Assembly: GCA_049322675.1 (NCBI GenBank)
Contig: JBMORM010000017.1
Span: forward strand, 3,928-67,927
Origin: Patescibacteria group bacterium
GTDB lineage: Bacteria; Patescibacteriota; JAHJAL01
Direction of reading: 5' to 3'
DNA length: 64,000 nt
The notes under the pieces: model-generated
What the model was told of the DNA's origin: nothing
What the model saw: the letters and a program-made list of their open reading frames with translations, nothing else
The model's database searches: none
Translations under genes and position numbers: made by a program
Part shown: positions 27,645 to 38,043 of the stretch, one piece after another
How positions within the stretch are numbered: the first letter of the stretch is position 1
Layout: the number at the start of each line of letters is the position of its first letter

Positions 27645-28334
27645 ATGAAAATACCAAATCATTTGGCAATAATCATGGATGGCAATCGACGTTGGGCCAA
27701 AAAAGAGGGGAAAGAAAAAGTTACTGAGGGACACAAATGGGGAGCACAATCTCTTGAAGATATGGTTGAGGCGGTAGCGGAATTGGGAATCAAATATTTT
27801 ACGGTTTATGCTTTTTCGACAGAAAATTTTTCGCGATCAAAAGAAGAATTAAAGGCTTTGTTTGATTTGTGTGTTGGGTTCGCCCAGACCAGGTGGCAAA
27901 AATTGAGAGCAGAAGGTATCCAGGTAAAAATATATGGCAAGTTGGGTCTTTTTCCTGATTATGTAGAAAAAGCGATGATTGCATTGTTGGAAAAAACTCA
28001 AATTTCTAACCCAAAAATGGTTTTGGGTTTGTGTTTCGGTTACGGTGGTCGTCAGGAAATAGTGGAGTGTTGTCAAAATTTGTTGCGGCAGAGCAATAAT
28101 GTTAGAGATATTTCTGAAGAAATGTTTGAAAAAAATCTATTTTCGGCTGGCATTCCTGATATAGACTTGGTGATTAGGACTGGTGGGGCACAGAGAATAA
28201 GTAATTTTATGCTTTGGAAAATAGCGTATGCGGAATTGTATTTTACTGATAAATATTGGCCCGAATTTACAAAAAACGATTTATTTTTGGCTTTGGAAGA
28301 GTATGAAAACAGGGAACGTCGATTTGGAAAGTAG
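27645..28334 (+). CDS. uppS: Isoprenyl transferase (undecaprenyl-diphosphate synthase)
   Basis: HLAIIMDGNRRWAKK, YAFSTENFSRSKEE and RTGGAQRISNFMLWKIAYAELYF are UppS motifs. Confidence 0.9.
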   Translation: MKIPNHLAIIMDGNRRWAKKEGKEKVTEGHKWGAQSLEDMVEAVAELGIKYFTVYAFSTENFSRSKEELKALFDLCVGFAQTRWQKLRAEGIQVKIYGKLGLFPDYVEKAMIALLEKTQISNPKMVLGLCFGYGGRQEIVECCQNLLRQSNNVRDISEEMFEKNLFSAGIPDIDLVIRTGGAQRISNFMLWKIAYAELYFTDKYWPEFTKNDLFLALEEYENRERRFGK

Positions 28335-28335
28335 A

Positions 28336-29202
28336 TTAGAGCGGAAAAATAATATCTTTGTTTGTACTGGTTTGGAGAATCTGAATATTTTTTTGGTTGA
28401 GTAGATTGATTGTTTTTTGACTGGGATGATTGAATCGGTTATTCTGACCGCAGGAAATTATAGCAATATCGGGCGATGTGGTTTCAATAAAACTGTTGCT
28501 TGTGGCTGATTCTGAGCCGTGGTGCGCTATTTTTAAAATATCAACATTTATGTCTTGTTGATATTTTTTTGTGAGGGAAATTTCTATGTTTTTGGAAATA
28601 TCTCCGGTGAGCAGGATTTTTTTATCTTCAGTTGTTTTGTTTAATAATAAAACCAACGAATTATCATTGAGGTCATTTACTAGTGGTGGATTTTGGTTAA
28701 AAGGGTAGAGAATGTTCAAGGAATATTTGTCGAATAAAATTTTTTGGGGAAAATAACCGTAAAATATTTCCGTATTTTGGTTTTTTGCTAAGGAAATTAG
28801 ATTTTCCATGAGTGAATTGGAATCGGAAATTTTGGGTATGAGTAATTTGTCGATGTGGTAGTTTTCGAAAACAAAGAAAAGACCTGTGATGTGGTCTTCG
28901 TGAGGATGAGTAAGGATCATTAGCTCGATATGCCGATCATATGGCAAAAGGATATTTGATAATTTGTTTAGAACAGCATTATCTGGTCCGCCATCAATTA
29001 GAATTTGTTGCTGATTTTTGGTATTTATTAAAATGCAGTCTCCTTGTCCGACGTCCAAAAAAGATATTGTAGGTTTGATTGGTCGATTTAGCCAAAGGAG
29101 ACAGATGCCTAGAATACAATTTAAAGCAAGGAGGGTGGCTAATATTTTATTGAGTTTTTTTAGTGCCGAGAGATTTTGGGTGGAATGCTTGGTGATAGAC
29201 AT
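28336..29202 (-). CDS. comEC: ComEC/Rec2 C-terminal part (TM helix + metallo-beta-lactamase domain); separate ORF, split from the N-terminal part
   Basis: FLDVGQGDCILI...ILIDGGPDN...LTHPHEDHITGL; overlaps the N-terminal ORF by 56 nt in another frame. Confidence 0.7.
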   Translation of the reverse strand: MSITKHSTQNLSALKKLNKILATLLALNCILGICLLWLNRPIKPTISFLDVGQGDCILINTKNQQQILIDGGPDNAVLNKLSNILLPYDRHIELMILTHPHEDHITGLFFVFENYHIDKLLIPKISDSNSLMENLISLAKNQNTEIFYGYFPQKILFDKYSLNILYPFNQNPPLVNDLNDNSLVLLLNKTTEDKKILLTGDISKNIEISLTKKYQQDINVDILKIAHHGSESATSNSFIETTSPDIAIISCGQNNRFNHPSQKTINLLNQKNIQILQTSTNKDIIFPL

Positions 29203-30622
29203 AAATTGAGAGTAGGCAATAATAGATAATTAAGATTTTTTTGTCAGGAAAAAAAGAAAAGTTGAAAATTTTTTGTTGAGATAACAATTCTATGATTTGG
29301 TGACATAGATTCAGAATAATATTGAGGGGTAGTGATATGAGGGTTTGGATTGATTCTGGTAATAGAATACTAGTGAAAATATTTATCAAACCGTAAATCA
29401 TAATGAAGGGTATAAGAGGGACAATGATAAAATTGGCCGGTAGAGACAAGAGAGAGTATTTATGAAATAGGTATATCAAATAGGGAGTGGTGGTTATTTG
29501 CGCGCCGAGGCATTCCAAAGTGTTGTTAATAAAAGGATGTTTCAAATTGATGTTTTCAAAAAAAGCAGTAATTGGATTGGCGACAAAAAATATTCCTATC
29601 GTGGCTAGAAATGATAGGTGAAATCCTAGGTCATACCATAGAATCAAGGGATTTTGAAAAATCATAATAGTGGCAGCTAGAAAAATAGCAACGATTGGGT
29701 AAGGGCGTCGGCTTAGGTAGGGAGAGATAATTGCGATGATAGACATAATTAGTGCGCGGATGATTGAGCTTTCGGCACCGGTGAGGATAGTAAAGAGTAT
29801 GAGGCAGGAAATAGTAATAAATAATGCCAGGTGTCGATTAATTATTCCCCGAAGGTTTTTAATAAACAGGTTGGCAAAAATTGCCAGGTTGAATCCGGAA
29901 ACGACAATTATGTGAGTGAGTCCAAGTTGACGAAATTTATCGTATGATTCTTGAGGTAGAGCATTTTTTTCTCCAAGTAAAATGCCTGACAATAGGCTAC
30001 TGTTTAGGGGAGTAAAATTTTTTTTCAGATTGGAATTTATTCTGTCTTTCAGGTTGTAAATGTGTTTGAGAAGGCTGTTTGATCGGTCATCAACTATAGT
30101 GATTTGAGGTTGATTTATCTCGACATAAATGTTGTTTTTTGCTAAATATCCGGAGTAAGAAAATGATGATTGTGCTAAGGATTTTGGAGTTGTAATCAAT
30201 CCGTTGATTGTTAAAGTTTGGCCATAATGATATTGGGGAAAAGTACTTGTGACAATTTGAGCCCGACCGGAATAATTGGTGTGGTTTGTTGAAATGTTGG
30301 CAAGGGTTATTTTTTGCTGGTTATTTTTTTGGATAGGGGGATCGGAAATAGTCCCGGTAAGTGTTTTATTGGTTGTAGCTAATATTTGAATGTTGTTGGT
30401 GATAATGGGTTGGAGAAAAAAATTGAAGTTAAATATTGCTAGTTGTAGGCTGGTTAAGGCGAGAAAAAAATAGAATAGTTGGTTTTTGCTTATCCAGGAC
30501 AAAATGGCAAGTATAAAAAAAAGATAAAAAATCGATTGAGGGATGGGAAAAAAATTTGGGGATAGGAAAGTCCCGATGATAAATGATAGACAAAAAACCA
30601 GAGTAGATATTGATTTTGACAT
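29147..30622 (-). CDS. comEC: ComEC/Rec2 N-terminal part (DUF4131 + competence membrane domain)
   Basis: Polytopic membrane protein with the competence-domain motif LGLTHIIVVSGFNLAIF; the reading frame ends inside an A7/T7 run region next to the C-terminal ORF. Confidence 0.7.
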   Translation of the reverse strand: MSKSISTLVFCLSFIIGTFLSPNFFPIPQSIFYLFFILAILSWISKNQLFYFFLALTSLQLAIFNFNFFLQPIITNNIQILATTNKTLTGTISDPPIQKNNQQKITLANISTNHTNYSGRAQIVTSTFPQYHYGQTLTINGLITTPKSLAQSSFSYSGYLAKNNIYVEINQPQITIVDDRSNSLLKHIYNLKDRINSNLKKNFTPLNSSLLSGILLGEKNALPQESYDKFRQLGLTHIIVVSGFNLAIFANLFIKNLRGIINRHLALFITISCLILFTILTGAESSIIRALIMSIIAIISPYLSRRPYPIVAIFLAATIMIFQNPLILWYDLGFHLSFLATIGIFFVANPITAFFENINLKHPFINNTLECLGAQITTTPYLIYLFHKYSLLSLPANFIIVPLIPFIMIYGLINIFTSILLPESIQTLISLPLNIILNLCHQIIELLSQQKIFNFSFFPDKKILIIYYCLLSIYVYHQAFHPKSLGTKKTQ

Positions 30623-30679
30623 AATAATTTTATCTTAAAATAAAGATTATTATGTTTAATTAAAATTTTTATTAAATAT

Positions 30680-30712
30680 AAATAAATTCAACCATGATGG
30701 TTGAATTTATTT
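30680..30712 (-). terminator. Perfect 15-bp inverted repeat (aaataaattcaacca-tga-tggttgaatttattt): terminator hairpin after the 30740-32158 gene, or an operator upstream of comEC
   Basis: Perfect palindrome read directly. Confidence 0.5.
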
Positions 30713-30739
30713 GGTAGAGATAATGTTGTTGGGGACTTG

Positions 30740-32158
30740 TTAGCAGCCACCGCCGACGCAGGGATTCCAACAAGGTGAAGCTTGTCCGTATGTTGCCCAG
30801 TCGGGATTACCAGCGGCTTTTTGAATCATTTTTTGAAAACTGCAATCTACTTCCTCTTTTCCGTGCATCATACTATCCAGGAAGTGAAGATCAAAATGTC
30901 CGGGGAAGTCATTGTCGGTGATTCCGCCATCAATATCATGGGCGCAGCCATCGATGGCGGCAGCAATTTGGCGTTTTTGAGGATCGGATTCAATTTCGAC
31001 AATGACCGCATCTGGTTGCCACAAGATCCAGTCATCTCCTGGACAATAAGGGGTGAAACTTTTGCGAAAATTGTAAATATTGCGGATTACTTCAGTGTCT
31101 GCCTTGGTGAGTGGAACAACGTCACTATGCCATCGATCCATACCGAGGGATTTAACGTGAAAAGATTGCCCGAGGGCCAAATCGGTGATTTTGATTGTAT
31201 GTCCTGAATCTAGAAATTGATCTATCTCGTTATTTTTGACAAGAATTCCATATTTGGGGTCTTTATGTCGAACAGTTATTTGATAATCAATGTTGAAATC
31301 TTGAAACCAGGTAATATTTTCTGCGACGGATTGAAAACTTTCATTGTATATTCCTGGTTTGATAGAATCCGGTGCTTTGACGGAAAAGGAATAGGTGCCA
31401 ATTTGAGATGGGGATACTTGCGATTGATTAATACTTGTCACTCGGTTTTGACTTAGCCAGTCTGAGGTGGAAAAAAGACTACTGCGATCCCAATCTTTGG
31501 CGGTGGCTAGTCTGACTGGTGCTTGGCCGTAATTGTGCCAATCGGCGGTGCCGATATTTTTTATGGAAATTTCCAAATTTTTGTTTTCTCCTTGGGAAAG
31601 TATAAACGAGGAAGATTCTTGGGATATTAATTCGCTACGATAAATGCCGTCGGTGGCATAATTTGTTTCTGGATTTTGGGGGACATTGGCAACGCTTTCA
31701 ATTGACTTGACGGTAATTTTCCAAAATATTCCATAATCTTCGAGCCAGGAGATATTTTCTACGACGGGACGGAAATATTCCAGATAATCTCCTGGCTTAT
31801 TGGGGGCGGTAATTTCAAACATAAATACTGCTCTTTCATTGGGTTTGATATTTGTATCTTCGGTCAGCCAGGCAGAACGGTTGGGTGAAAGCCAGTCCGA
31901 TGAAGAGAAAAAGATACTGTCTCGATCAGCCGGATGATCTGTAGCCAAGTGGATGGGGACGTTTTTGTCCCATGATTTTGTCCCGGTGTTTTCAATCAAG
32001 ACCCAAAGACGGGCTTTTTCGCCGGGAAATAACGAGGGATAGCTACTTTGTGAAACCCATTGATAGGAGTATTCCGGTGTGGCTTGAACGATAGCGCTAG
32101 CGAAAAATTGGTTCGAAATCAAAATAGTCAGTATTAGAAAAATTATTTTTTTTGTCAT
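30740..32158 (-). CDS. Secreted protein: signal peptide, two tandem about 115-aa Ig-like repeats, Cys-rich C-terminal domain of unknown function
   Basis: N-terminal signal (IIFLILTILISNQFFASA); repeats with W..G..W...H.LGT..P.DR.S.F....W....R...V.PG...F.F...AP...G.Y.EYFR.V.E...W; C-terminus ...PCWNPCVGGGC. Confidence 0.5.
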   Translation of the reverse strand: MTKKIIFLILTILISNQFFASAIVQATPEYSYQWVSQSSYPSLFPGEKARLWVLIENTGTKSWDKNVPIHLATDHPADRDSIFFSSSDWLSPNRSAWLTEDTNIKPNERAVFMFEITAPNKPGDYLEYFRPVVENISWLEDYGIFWKITVKSIESVANVPQNPETNYATDGIYRSELISQESSSFILSQGENKNLEISIKNIGTADWHNYGQAPVRLATAKDWDRSSLFSTSDWLSQNRVTSINQSQVSPSQIGTYSFSVKAPDSIKPGIYNESFQSVAENITWFQDFNIDYQITVRHKDPKYGILVKNNEIDQFLDSGHTIKITDLALGQSFHVKSLGMDRWHSDVVPLTKADTEVIRNIYNFRKSFTPYCPGDDWILWQPDAVIVEIESDPQKRQIAAAIDGCAHDIDGGITDNDFPGHFDLHFLDSMMHGKEEVDCSFQKMIQKAAGNPDWATYGQASPCWNPCVGGGC

Positions 32159-32219
32159 AAAAAATTATTTTAATATTTTTTACTACAAATATATTTTATC
32201 ATTTTTTGGTTTAATGATA

Positions 32220-32246
32220 TTAGCACTTGACAGGAAAGACTGCTAA
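32220..32246 (+). promoter_or_regulatory. CIRCE operator (HrcA binding site) TTAGCACTT-N9-GACTGCTAA upstream of hrcA
   Basis: Matches the CIRCE consensus TTAGCACTC-N9-GAGTGCTAA at 16/18 positions; 16 nt upstream of the hrcA ATG. Confidence 0.85.
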
Positions 32247-32261
32247 AATTATCATATAATT

Positions 32262-32984
32262 ATGGATTCAATGAATGAAAGACAAAAATCTGTTTTGAGA
32301 ATGTTGGTTGGCGACTATATCAAGACGGCACGACCGGTCGGTTCGGCTTGGTTGGTAAAGAGACACAAGATGGGTTGCTGCAGCGCGACCGTACGCAATG
32401 ACATGTCGTTTTTGGAACAACTTGGATTTATCGGCCAATCTCATTTTTCAGCTGGTCGAGTACCGACAGCGGCAGGTTATCGGTATTATATTGACAATTT
32501 GATGACAACCAGAGAAATACCATCTAGGTTTAGGCGAAGAGTGATTTTGATATTAAAATCTTTGGATGCCAAAAAATATTCTCGAGTTGCCAGGACATTG
32601 GCGGCGGAGATTGCCAGTGTTACCGGTAATTTGACTATGATAAGTATGCCGCCGGATAGACTGGAGATGAGTGGAATGCAATATTTTTTGTGTCGTCCGG
32701 AGTTTCGGGATGAGAAGTTGATGCGTCGAACCGGGTTATTGTTGGATAGGATCGGAGAGTTGGTTTTTGATTTACGTGGCAAATTGCCGGAGAATTCTTT
32801 TCGGGTTTATATTGATGAAGAATTGAATTACGAATTTATGAGAGAGATGGCGGTGGTGGTAAGAAAATTTCGTGATCCGTTTGGGGAAAGTCATGTATTG
32901 GGGATGGTTGGTCCAGTTAGGATGGATTATAGTATTTTACCGGATATAATGGATTTTGCTGCGACAACTTTAGAAGGTTTTTAG
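32262..32984 (+). CDS. hrcA: Heat-inducible transcription repressor HrcA (short form)
   Basis: ERQKSVLRMLVGDYIKTARPVGSAWLVKRH...CSATVRNDMSFLEQLGFI...HFSAGRVPTAAGYRYYID. Confidence 0.85.
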   Translation: MDSMNERQKSVLRMLVGDYIKTARPVGSAWLVKRHKMGCCSATVRNDMSFLEQLGFIGQSHFSAGRVPTAAGYRYYIDNLMTTREIPSRFRRRVILILKSLDAKKYSRVARTLAAEIASVTGNLTMISMPPDRLEMSGMQYFLCRPEFRDEKLMRRTGLLLDRIGELVFDLRGKLPENSFRVYIDEELNYEFMREMAVVVRKFRDPFGESHVLGMVGPVRMDYSILPDIMDFAATTLEGF

Positions 32985-33008
32985 ATGATTTTTTTAATTT
33001 TTTAATTC

Positions 33009-33491
33009 ATGAAAAAAAATAATAATGTACAGAAAGATTGTAACTGTCAGGATATGAGTTTGGAAATAGAGGAGTTGAAGAAAAAATGTTTGGAGTTGGA
33101 GGAATCATGGAAACGTTCAGTGGCTGATTTTGCCAATTTTAAAAAGAGAAGTGAAGAAGAAAAAAGACTGATTTTTGATGTAATCAGGGCCGATGTGGCT
33201 TCAAGTTTTTTGCCGGTTTACGATAGTATCAGTAGGGGCTTGCAGTCGGATACAAGTAAAGATGATGGTTTGGAAAAAATTATGCGAGTATTTGAAACGG
33301 TTTTAAAATCTCATGGAATAGAGAAAGTTACTTTAGATCTAAAGAAATTTGATCCTGAGTTGGCGGAAGCAGTTGGATATATGGACAATGATGATAAAAA
33401 GAAGTCCGGTCAGATTGCGGCGGTGGTGGAGGAAGCGTTTGGAATGGGAGGTAAGATTATTCGTCCGGCGAAGGTAATGATTTTTAGATAG
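33009..33491 (+). CDS. grpE: Nucleotide exchange factor GrpE
   Basis: Coiled-coil N-terminus, WKRSVADFANFKKRSEEEK, FETVLKSHGIEKV. Confidence 0.8.
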   Translation: MKKNNNVQKDCNCQDMSLEIEELKKKCLELEESWKRSVADFANFKKRSEEEKRLIFDVIRADVASSFLPVYDSISRGLQSDTSKDDGLEKIMRVFETVLKSHGIEKVTLDLKKFDPELAEAVGYMDNDDKKKSGQIAAVVEEAFGMGGKIIRPAKVMIFR

Positions 33492-33527
33492 TTTTTATAT
33501 ATTTGATTAATCATTTAGGAGGAAATT

Positions 33528-33959
33528 ATGGCTAGATGGATGGTTCCATGGTTTTCCATGGATGAAGAATTGAATAAATTTTTTGATGATCCTTTTTCTG
33601 GTTCTGGGAAAAATTGGATGACGTGTCCGGCGGCGGATGTATTTGAAAAGGATGGCAAGGTATTTGTGAGGTTTGATTTGCCTGGAGTCAAAGAAGACGA
33701 AGTAGATGTGGAGATTGGGGAAAAATATGTGGAAATCAAAGGTGAGTCAAAGGAAAAGAAGGAAGTAAAAGATAAAAAGTATTATCGTTTGGAAAGTAGG
33801 ATGAGTAGTTTTTCTCGTCGAGTGCCTGTGCCTTCTATGGATGCAAAAAAAGCTGAGGCTGTGATGAAAGATGGCGTTTTAGAGATTAGGGCACCGAAAA
33901 TCGAGGCGGAAAAATTGACCACCAAATTGAAAGTAAAAAAATTGTCGGATAGTAAATAA
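33528..33959 (+). CDS. Hsp20/alpha-crystallin family small heat-shock protein
   Basis: ACD domain: DVFEKDGKVFVRFDLPGVKEDEVDVEI...SFSRRVPVP...KDGVLEIRAPK. Confidence 0.85.
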   Translation: MARWMVPWFSMDEELNKFFDDPFSGSGKNWMTCPAADVFEKDGKVFVRFDLPGVKEDEVDVEIGEKYVEIKGESKEKKEVKDKKYYRLESRMSSFSRRVPVPSMDAKKAEAVMKDGVLEIRAPKIEAEKLTTKLKVKKLSDSK

Positions 33960-33964
33960 TTTAT

Positions 33965-34014
33965 TTTTCCCGGCTATGATTCTGCATATATGAAAAGAGT
34001 TGTAGCCGGGAAAA
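33965..34014 (+). terminator. Hairpin with perfect 12-bp stem (ttttcccggcta ... tagccgggaaaa) after hsp20
   Basis: Direct reading; followed by a T-rich stretch. Confidence 0.6.
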
Positions 34015-34082
34015 TTTCTAATTCTTAATTTTTAATTTTTAAACTATTTTTGTTTAGAAATTAAAAATTAAGAATTAAAAAT
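34013..34082. repeat. About 70-bp palindromic repeat-family variant (aaatttctaattcttaatttttaatttttaaac-tattttt-gtttagaaattaaaaattaagaattaaaaatt), 48 nt upstream of dnaK
   Basis: About 90% identical to 19017-19088. Confidence 0.8.
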
Positions 34083-34130
34083 TAATAATTAATTCTGTTA
34101 TTTATCTGTTTTAAATATTTAAGAGGTTTT

Positions 34131-36017
34131 ATGAGTAAAATTATCGGAATTGATTTGGGCACGACGAATAGTTGTATGGCGATTATGGAGGGAGGATCAC
34201 CAACGGTGATTACCAATGCCGAAGGAAATCGCACAACGCCTTCGATAGTGGCAATAGATAAAAATGGACAAAGATTGGTTGGTCAAACTGCGAAAAGGCA
34301 GTCCGTGGTCAATCCTGAGGATACGCTTTATAGCGTGAAGAGATTTATGGGAAGACGATTTGACGACGAAGAAGTTTCCCGAGATATCAAGATGGTCCCA
34401 TTTAAGGTTAAGAAGGGAAAAAATAATTCAGTTATTTTGGAAATGGATGGTAAGGACTACACTCCGCAAGAAATTTCGGCTATGGTATTGCAAAAGTTAA
34501 AAGAAGATGCAGAAGCGTTTTTGGGGGAAAGGGTGACCGAGGCGGTTATTACGGTTCCGGCATATTTTGATGATGCGCAAAGGCAAGCAACCAAAGATGC
34601 AGGGAAAATTGCGGGTTTGGAAGTAAAACGTATTATCAACGAGCCGACAGCGGCGGCGTTGGCATATGGATTGAATAAACATAAAGATGAAAAGATTGTG
34701 GTTTATGATTTGGGTGGGGGAACTTTTGACGTATCTGTATTGGAAGTGAGTCAGGATACGGTGGAAGTTTTGGCGACCAACGGAGATACTCATCTTGGTG
34801 GCGATGATTTTGATCAAGTGTTAATAAATTATTTAGCAGATGAATTTTTGAAGTCGGATGGAATTGATTTACGGAAAGATGTTTTGGCTTTACAAAGATT
34901 AAAAGATTTTGCTGAAAAAGCTAAAATTGAATTGTCTTCGACGGTAGAGACTCAAATAAATATTCCGTTTATTACCAATACTGCTGATGGTCCAAAACAT
35001 TTGGATATTAAGTTGACTAGGGCCAAGTTGGAAGAAATTACGGATGATTTGATTCAAAAAACTTTGGAACCTTGCAAAAAAGCTTTAGCGGATGCCAAGT
35101 TGGATAAAAATAATATTGATCAGATCGTATTGGTTGGTGGACAGACTCGTATGCCAAAAGTACAACAGGTGGTTAAAGATTTTTTTGGAAAAGAACCTCA
35201 TAAAGGTATAAATCCGGATGAAGTGGTGGCGATGGGAGCTGCAGTTCAAGGTGGTGTTTTAACTGGCGATGTAAAAGATATTTTACTGTTGGATGTTACT
35301 CCTTTGTCTTTAGGAATAGAAACGTTGGGTGGAGTGGCGACGCGTTTGATTGAGAGAAATACGACGGTTCCGACAAAGGCCAGTCAGGTTTTTTCAACTG
35401 CGGCTGATAATCAAACTTCGGTGGAGATTCATGTAGTTCAGGGAGAAAGAGAGATGGCAGTTGATAATAAATCATTGGGAAGATTCATTTTGGATGGAAT
35501 CCCACCTGCTCCGAGAGGAATTCCTCAGGTTGAAGTAACTTTTGATATTGACTCAAATGGAATATTAAATGTTACCGCTTTGGACAAAGCGACCAATAAG
35601 AAACAAAATATTGTGATTCAGGGTTCGAGTGGTTTATCAAAAGAAGAAGTAGATAAAATGCAAAAAGAAGCACAAGCTCATGCTGAAGAAGATAAGAAAA
35701 AGAAAGAAGCGATTGAAGAAAAAAATAAAGCGGAACAATTGGTGTATGCTAGTGAGAAGTCACTAAAGGATTTTGGTGAAAAAATTTCCAAGGATGATAA
35801 GGAGAACATTGAAAAAGCTATTGCGGACTTGAAAGAGGTAAAAGACAAGGATGATATTGATGCTATAAAAGAAAAGAGCGGAAAATTGAGCGAATTGGTG
35901 CAAAAGATAGGGGCGGAAATGTATAAACAAGCTGGAGTGGCAACTGAAGATACAAAAAAAGACGGCAATGAAGAGGAGGTGGTTGATGTAAAAACAAAGA
36001 AAAGGGGTGAAAAATAA
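34131..36017 (+). CDS. dnaK: Molecular chaperone DnaK (Hsp70)
   Basis: [44 protein letters not shown] canonical motifs. Confidence 0.97.
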   Translation: MSKIIGIDLGTTNSCMAIMEGGSPTVITNAEGNRTTPSIVAIDKNGQRLVGQTAKRQSVVNPEDTLYSVKRFMGRRFDDEEVSRDIKMVPFKVKKGKNNSVILEMDGKDYTPQEISAMVLQKLKEDAEAFLGERVTEAVITVPAYFDDAQRQATKDAGKIAGLEVKRIINEPTAAALAYGLNKHKDEKIVVYDLGGGTFDVSVLEVSQDTVEVLATNGDTHLGGDDFDQVLINYLADEFLKSDGIDLRKDVLALQRLKDFAEKAKIELSSTVETQINIPFITNTADGPKHLDIKLTRAKLEEITDDLIQKTLEPCKKALADAKLDKNNIDQIVLVGGQTRMPKVQQVVKDFFGKEPHKGINPDEVVAMGAAVQGGVLTGDVKDILLLDVTPLSLGIETLGGVATRLIERNTTVPTKASQVFSTAADNQTSVEIHVVQGEREMAVDNKSLGRFILDGIPPAPRGIPQVEVTFDIDSNGILNVTALDKATNKKQNIVIQGSSGLSKEEVDKMQKEAQAHAEEDKKKKEAIEEKNKAEQLVYASEKSLKDFGEKISKDDKENIEKAIADLKEVKDKDDIDAIKEKSGKLSELVQKIGAEMYKQAGVATEDTKKDGNEEEVVDVKTKKRGEK

Positions 36018-36069
36018 ATTTTCTCCCAAACTCACTTAATTATTGTTACAATAGTTTTGGGAAATTAGT

Positions 36070-36786
36070 TTGTTTTTAAAAAAAATAATGAAAAAAATAT
36101 CTTTGTTTTTGTTGCCAATTGTTTTTGCCGGGATTCTTGCTGGATGTAGTTTGTGGGGTAGTTCCAATGAAAATTCTGATCAGGCTGCTGGTGATCAGAC
36201 AGTAGTGACAGAGCCGATAAATCAAGGCGACAATCAGAATATTGATTCTCCGGTTAATACTGATCCTGTCGGTGGCATGTACGTAGTAACCAATCCGGCT
36301 GATGTCTTGGAAAAAGCTAAGAAGAGTGCGAATTTGGCCAATGAAAAAGCGAGAAAATGGCAATCGGATGCAAAGTTGATATTACTATCCACCAATTATT
36401 TTTCTTCATTGAATGACGAGGGAGTGATTGATAAATTTATTTATACTTCTGATATAAATACTGAGTTGTACTTTTCAATCGATATAACCAGGAGTGATCA
36501 AAAATTTACCAGGACGTTGATATATCGTGATGATTATCGTTTGAAATCAGGAGTATTGCCGATACCGATTAAATATTGGAAAATTACTTATGCACAAGCA
36601 TTGGAAAAAGCAGATATGTTGGGGGGTTATCAATTTCGTAAGGATCATCCCAATTATCAGGTGTCACAGATGTTGTCTTTAGCAGATGGAAAGAATTTGG
36701 CTTGGTATATTGTTTATAGTGCTCCTGGTTCCGATCAGTCTTTTCGTATTACGATAGATTCTAGTACTGGTGAGCAGATTTTATAG
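36070..36786 (+). CDS. Hypothetical lipoprotein (lipobox LAGC)
   Basis: Signal + Cys at ILAGCS; sits inside the dnaK-dnaJ operon. Confidence 0.5.
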   Translation: MFLKKIMKKISLFLLPIVFAGILAGCSLWGSSNENSDQAAGDQTVVTEPINQGDNQNIDSPVNTDPVGGMYVVTNPADVLEKAKKSANLANEKARKWQSDAKLILLSTNYFSSLNDEGVIDKFIYTSDINTELYFSIDITRSDQKFTRTLIYRDDYRLKSGVLPIPIKYWKITYAQALEKADMLGGYQFRKDHPNYQVSQMLSLADGKNLAWYIVYSAPGSDQSFRITIDSSTGEQIL

Positions 36787-36846
36787 TCTAGTTTAGAAAT
36801 TTGATTGTTGCAGGGCAGAACAGTGTTCTGCCCCTAAGTTTATTTT

Positions 36847-38043
36847 TTGAATAACAATATGACAAAAGATTATTATTCTACGTTGGGTGTAAAAAAAGAT
36901 GCTTCGTTGGATGAAATAAAAAAGGCATATCGAAAACTGGCTCACAAATATCATCCGGATAAAGGGGGTGGCAAAGAAGCGGAAGAAAAATTTAAAGAAA
37001 TCAATGAGGCGTACCAGGTTTTGTCTGATCCGGCTAAAAGAAGTAATTTTGATCGTTTCGGTGCGGCTGGTTTTGCAGGAGGGGGGCAGGCTGGGGGTGG
37101 ATTTTCTGGTTTCGATCCTAGTGGTTTTTATCGATCTTCTCAGGGTTCTGGCGGTGGGTTTAGAATGGATTTTGACATGGGGGAAGATCTGGGTGATATT
37201 TTTGATATGTTTTTTGGAGGAGGTTTTACTGGAGGAAGAACTAGAGGAAAAAAAGTGGATACCAGGGGGCGTGACTTGCAAACAACTATTGATGTTGATT
37301 TTGTTCAGGCTGTTTTGGGAGCGGAGATAAATATTTCAATTGAAAAAATGGTGAAATGTAGGGAGTGCAAGGGAACTGGGGCCAAAAGTGAGGAGTTGAT
37401 TGAATGTTCTGTTTGCAAAGGTATGGGGTATGAAGAAAAAATTCAAAATACTATATTGGGACAAGTACGACAGAAAAGTGTTTGTGGAAATTGTGGCGGT
37501 TTGGGAAAAATGCCCAAGGTTTCATGCTCAGAATGTTTGGGTCAAGGGAGAGTAAAAAAACAAGTGACACAAGTTGTAGATATTCCAGCCGGGGTAGAGG
37601 ATCAGATGGTTTTAAGATTGAGAGGGGAAGGAGAAGCAGGTTTGAAAGGTGGAGAAGATGGTGATTTATTGATAAAAATTCGAGTTCAAAAGAGTCGGGA
37701 TTTTTCTCGGGATGGTAACGATGTCGTTAGTAAAAAGAAGATTTCATTTACACAAGCGGCTTTGGGAGCTGAATTGTCGGTGGCGATGGTGGACGGGTCG
37801 GAAGAGATTGTAATTCCGGCAGGTACGCAAAATGGTGAACGATTAAAAATTACTGGACGGGGGGTGCCATATTTGGGGAATGAATCAAAAAGGGGTGATC
37901 ATATTATGGAAATTGAAGTGGAAGTACCAAAAAGATTGTCGGAAAAAGAGAAAGAATTGATTCGGGAATTGGCTGTGTTGAGAGGCGAGGAAATCAAGGA
38001 AGAGAATGTATTTCAAAGAGTAAAAAGAAAAATAGGACTTTGA
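36847..38043 (+). CDS. dnaJ: Molecular chaperone DnaJ
   Basis: J-domain with HPD (KYHPDKGGG), G/F-rich region, four CxxCxGxG zinc repeats. Confidence 0.95.
   Translation: MNNNMTKDYYSTLGVKKDASLDEIKKAYRKLAHKYHPDKGGGKEAEEKFKEINEAYQVLSDPAKRSNFDRFGAAGFAGGGQAGGGFSGFDPSGFYRSSQGSGGGFRMDFDMGEDLGDIFDMFFGGGFTGGRTRGKKVDTRGRDLQTTIDVDFVQAVLGAEINISIEKMVKCRECKGTGAKSEELIECSVCKGMGYEEKIQNTILGQVRQKSVCGNCGGLGKMPKVSCSECLGQGRVKKQVTQVVDIPAGVEDQMVLRLRGEGEAGLKGGEDGDLLIKIRVQKSRDFSRDGNDVVSKKKISFTQAALGAELSVAMVDGSEEIVIPAGTQNGERLKITGRGVPYLGNESKRGDHIMEIEVEVPKRLSEKEKELIRELAVLRGEEIKEENVFQRVKRKIGL

Noticed and set aside
29018-29209. 63-aa plus-strand ORF at the comEC junction
   Set aside because: Antisense to comEC; it exists only because of the frameshift region.
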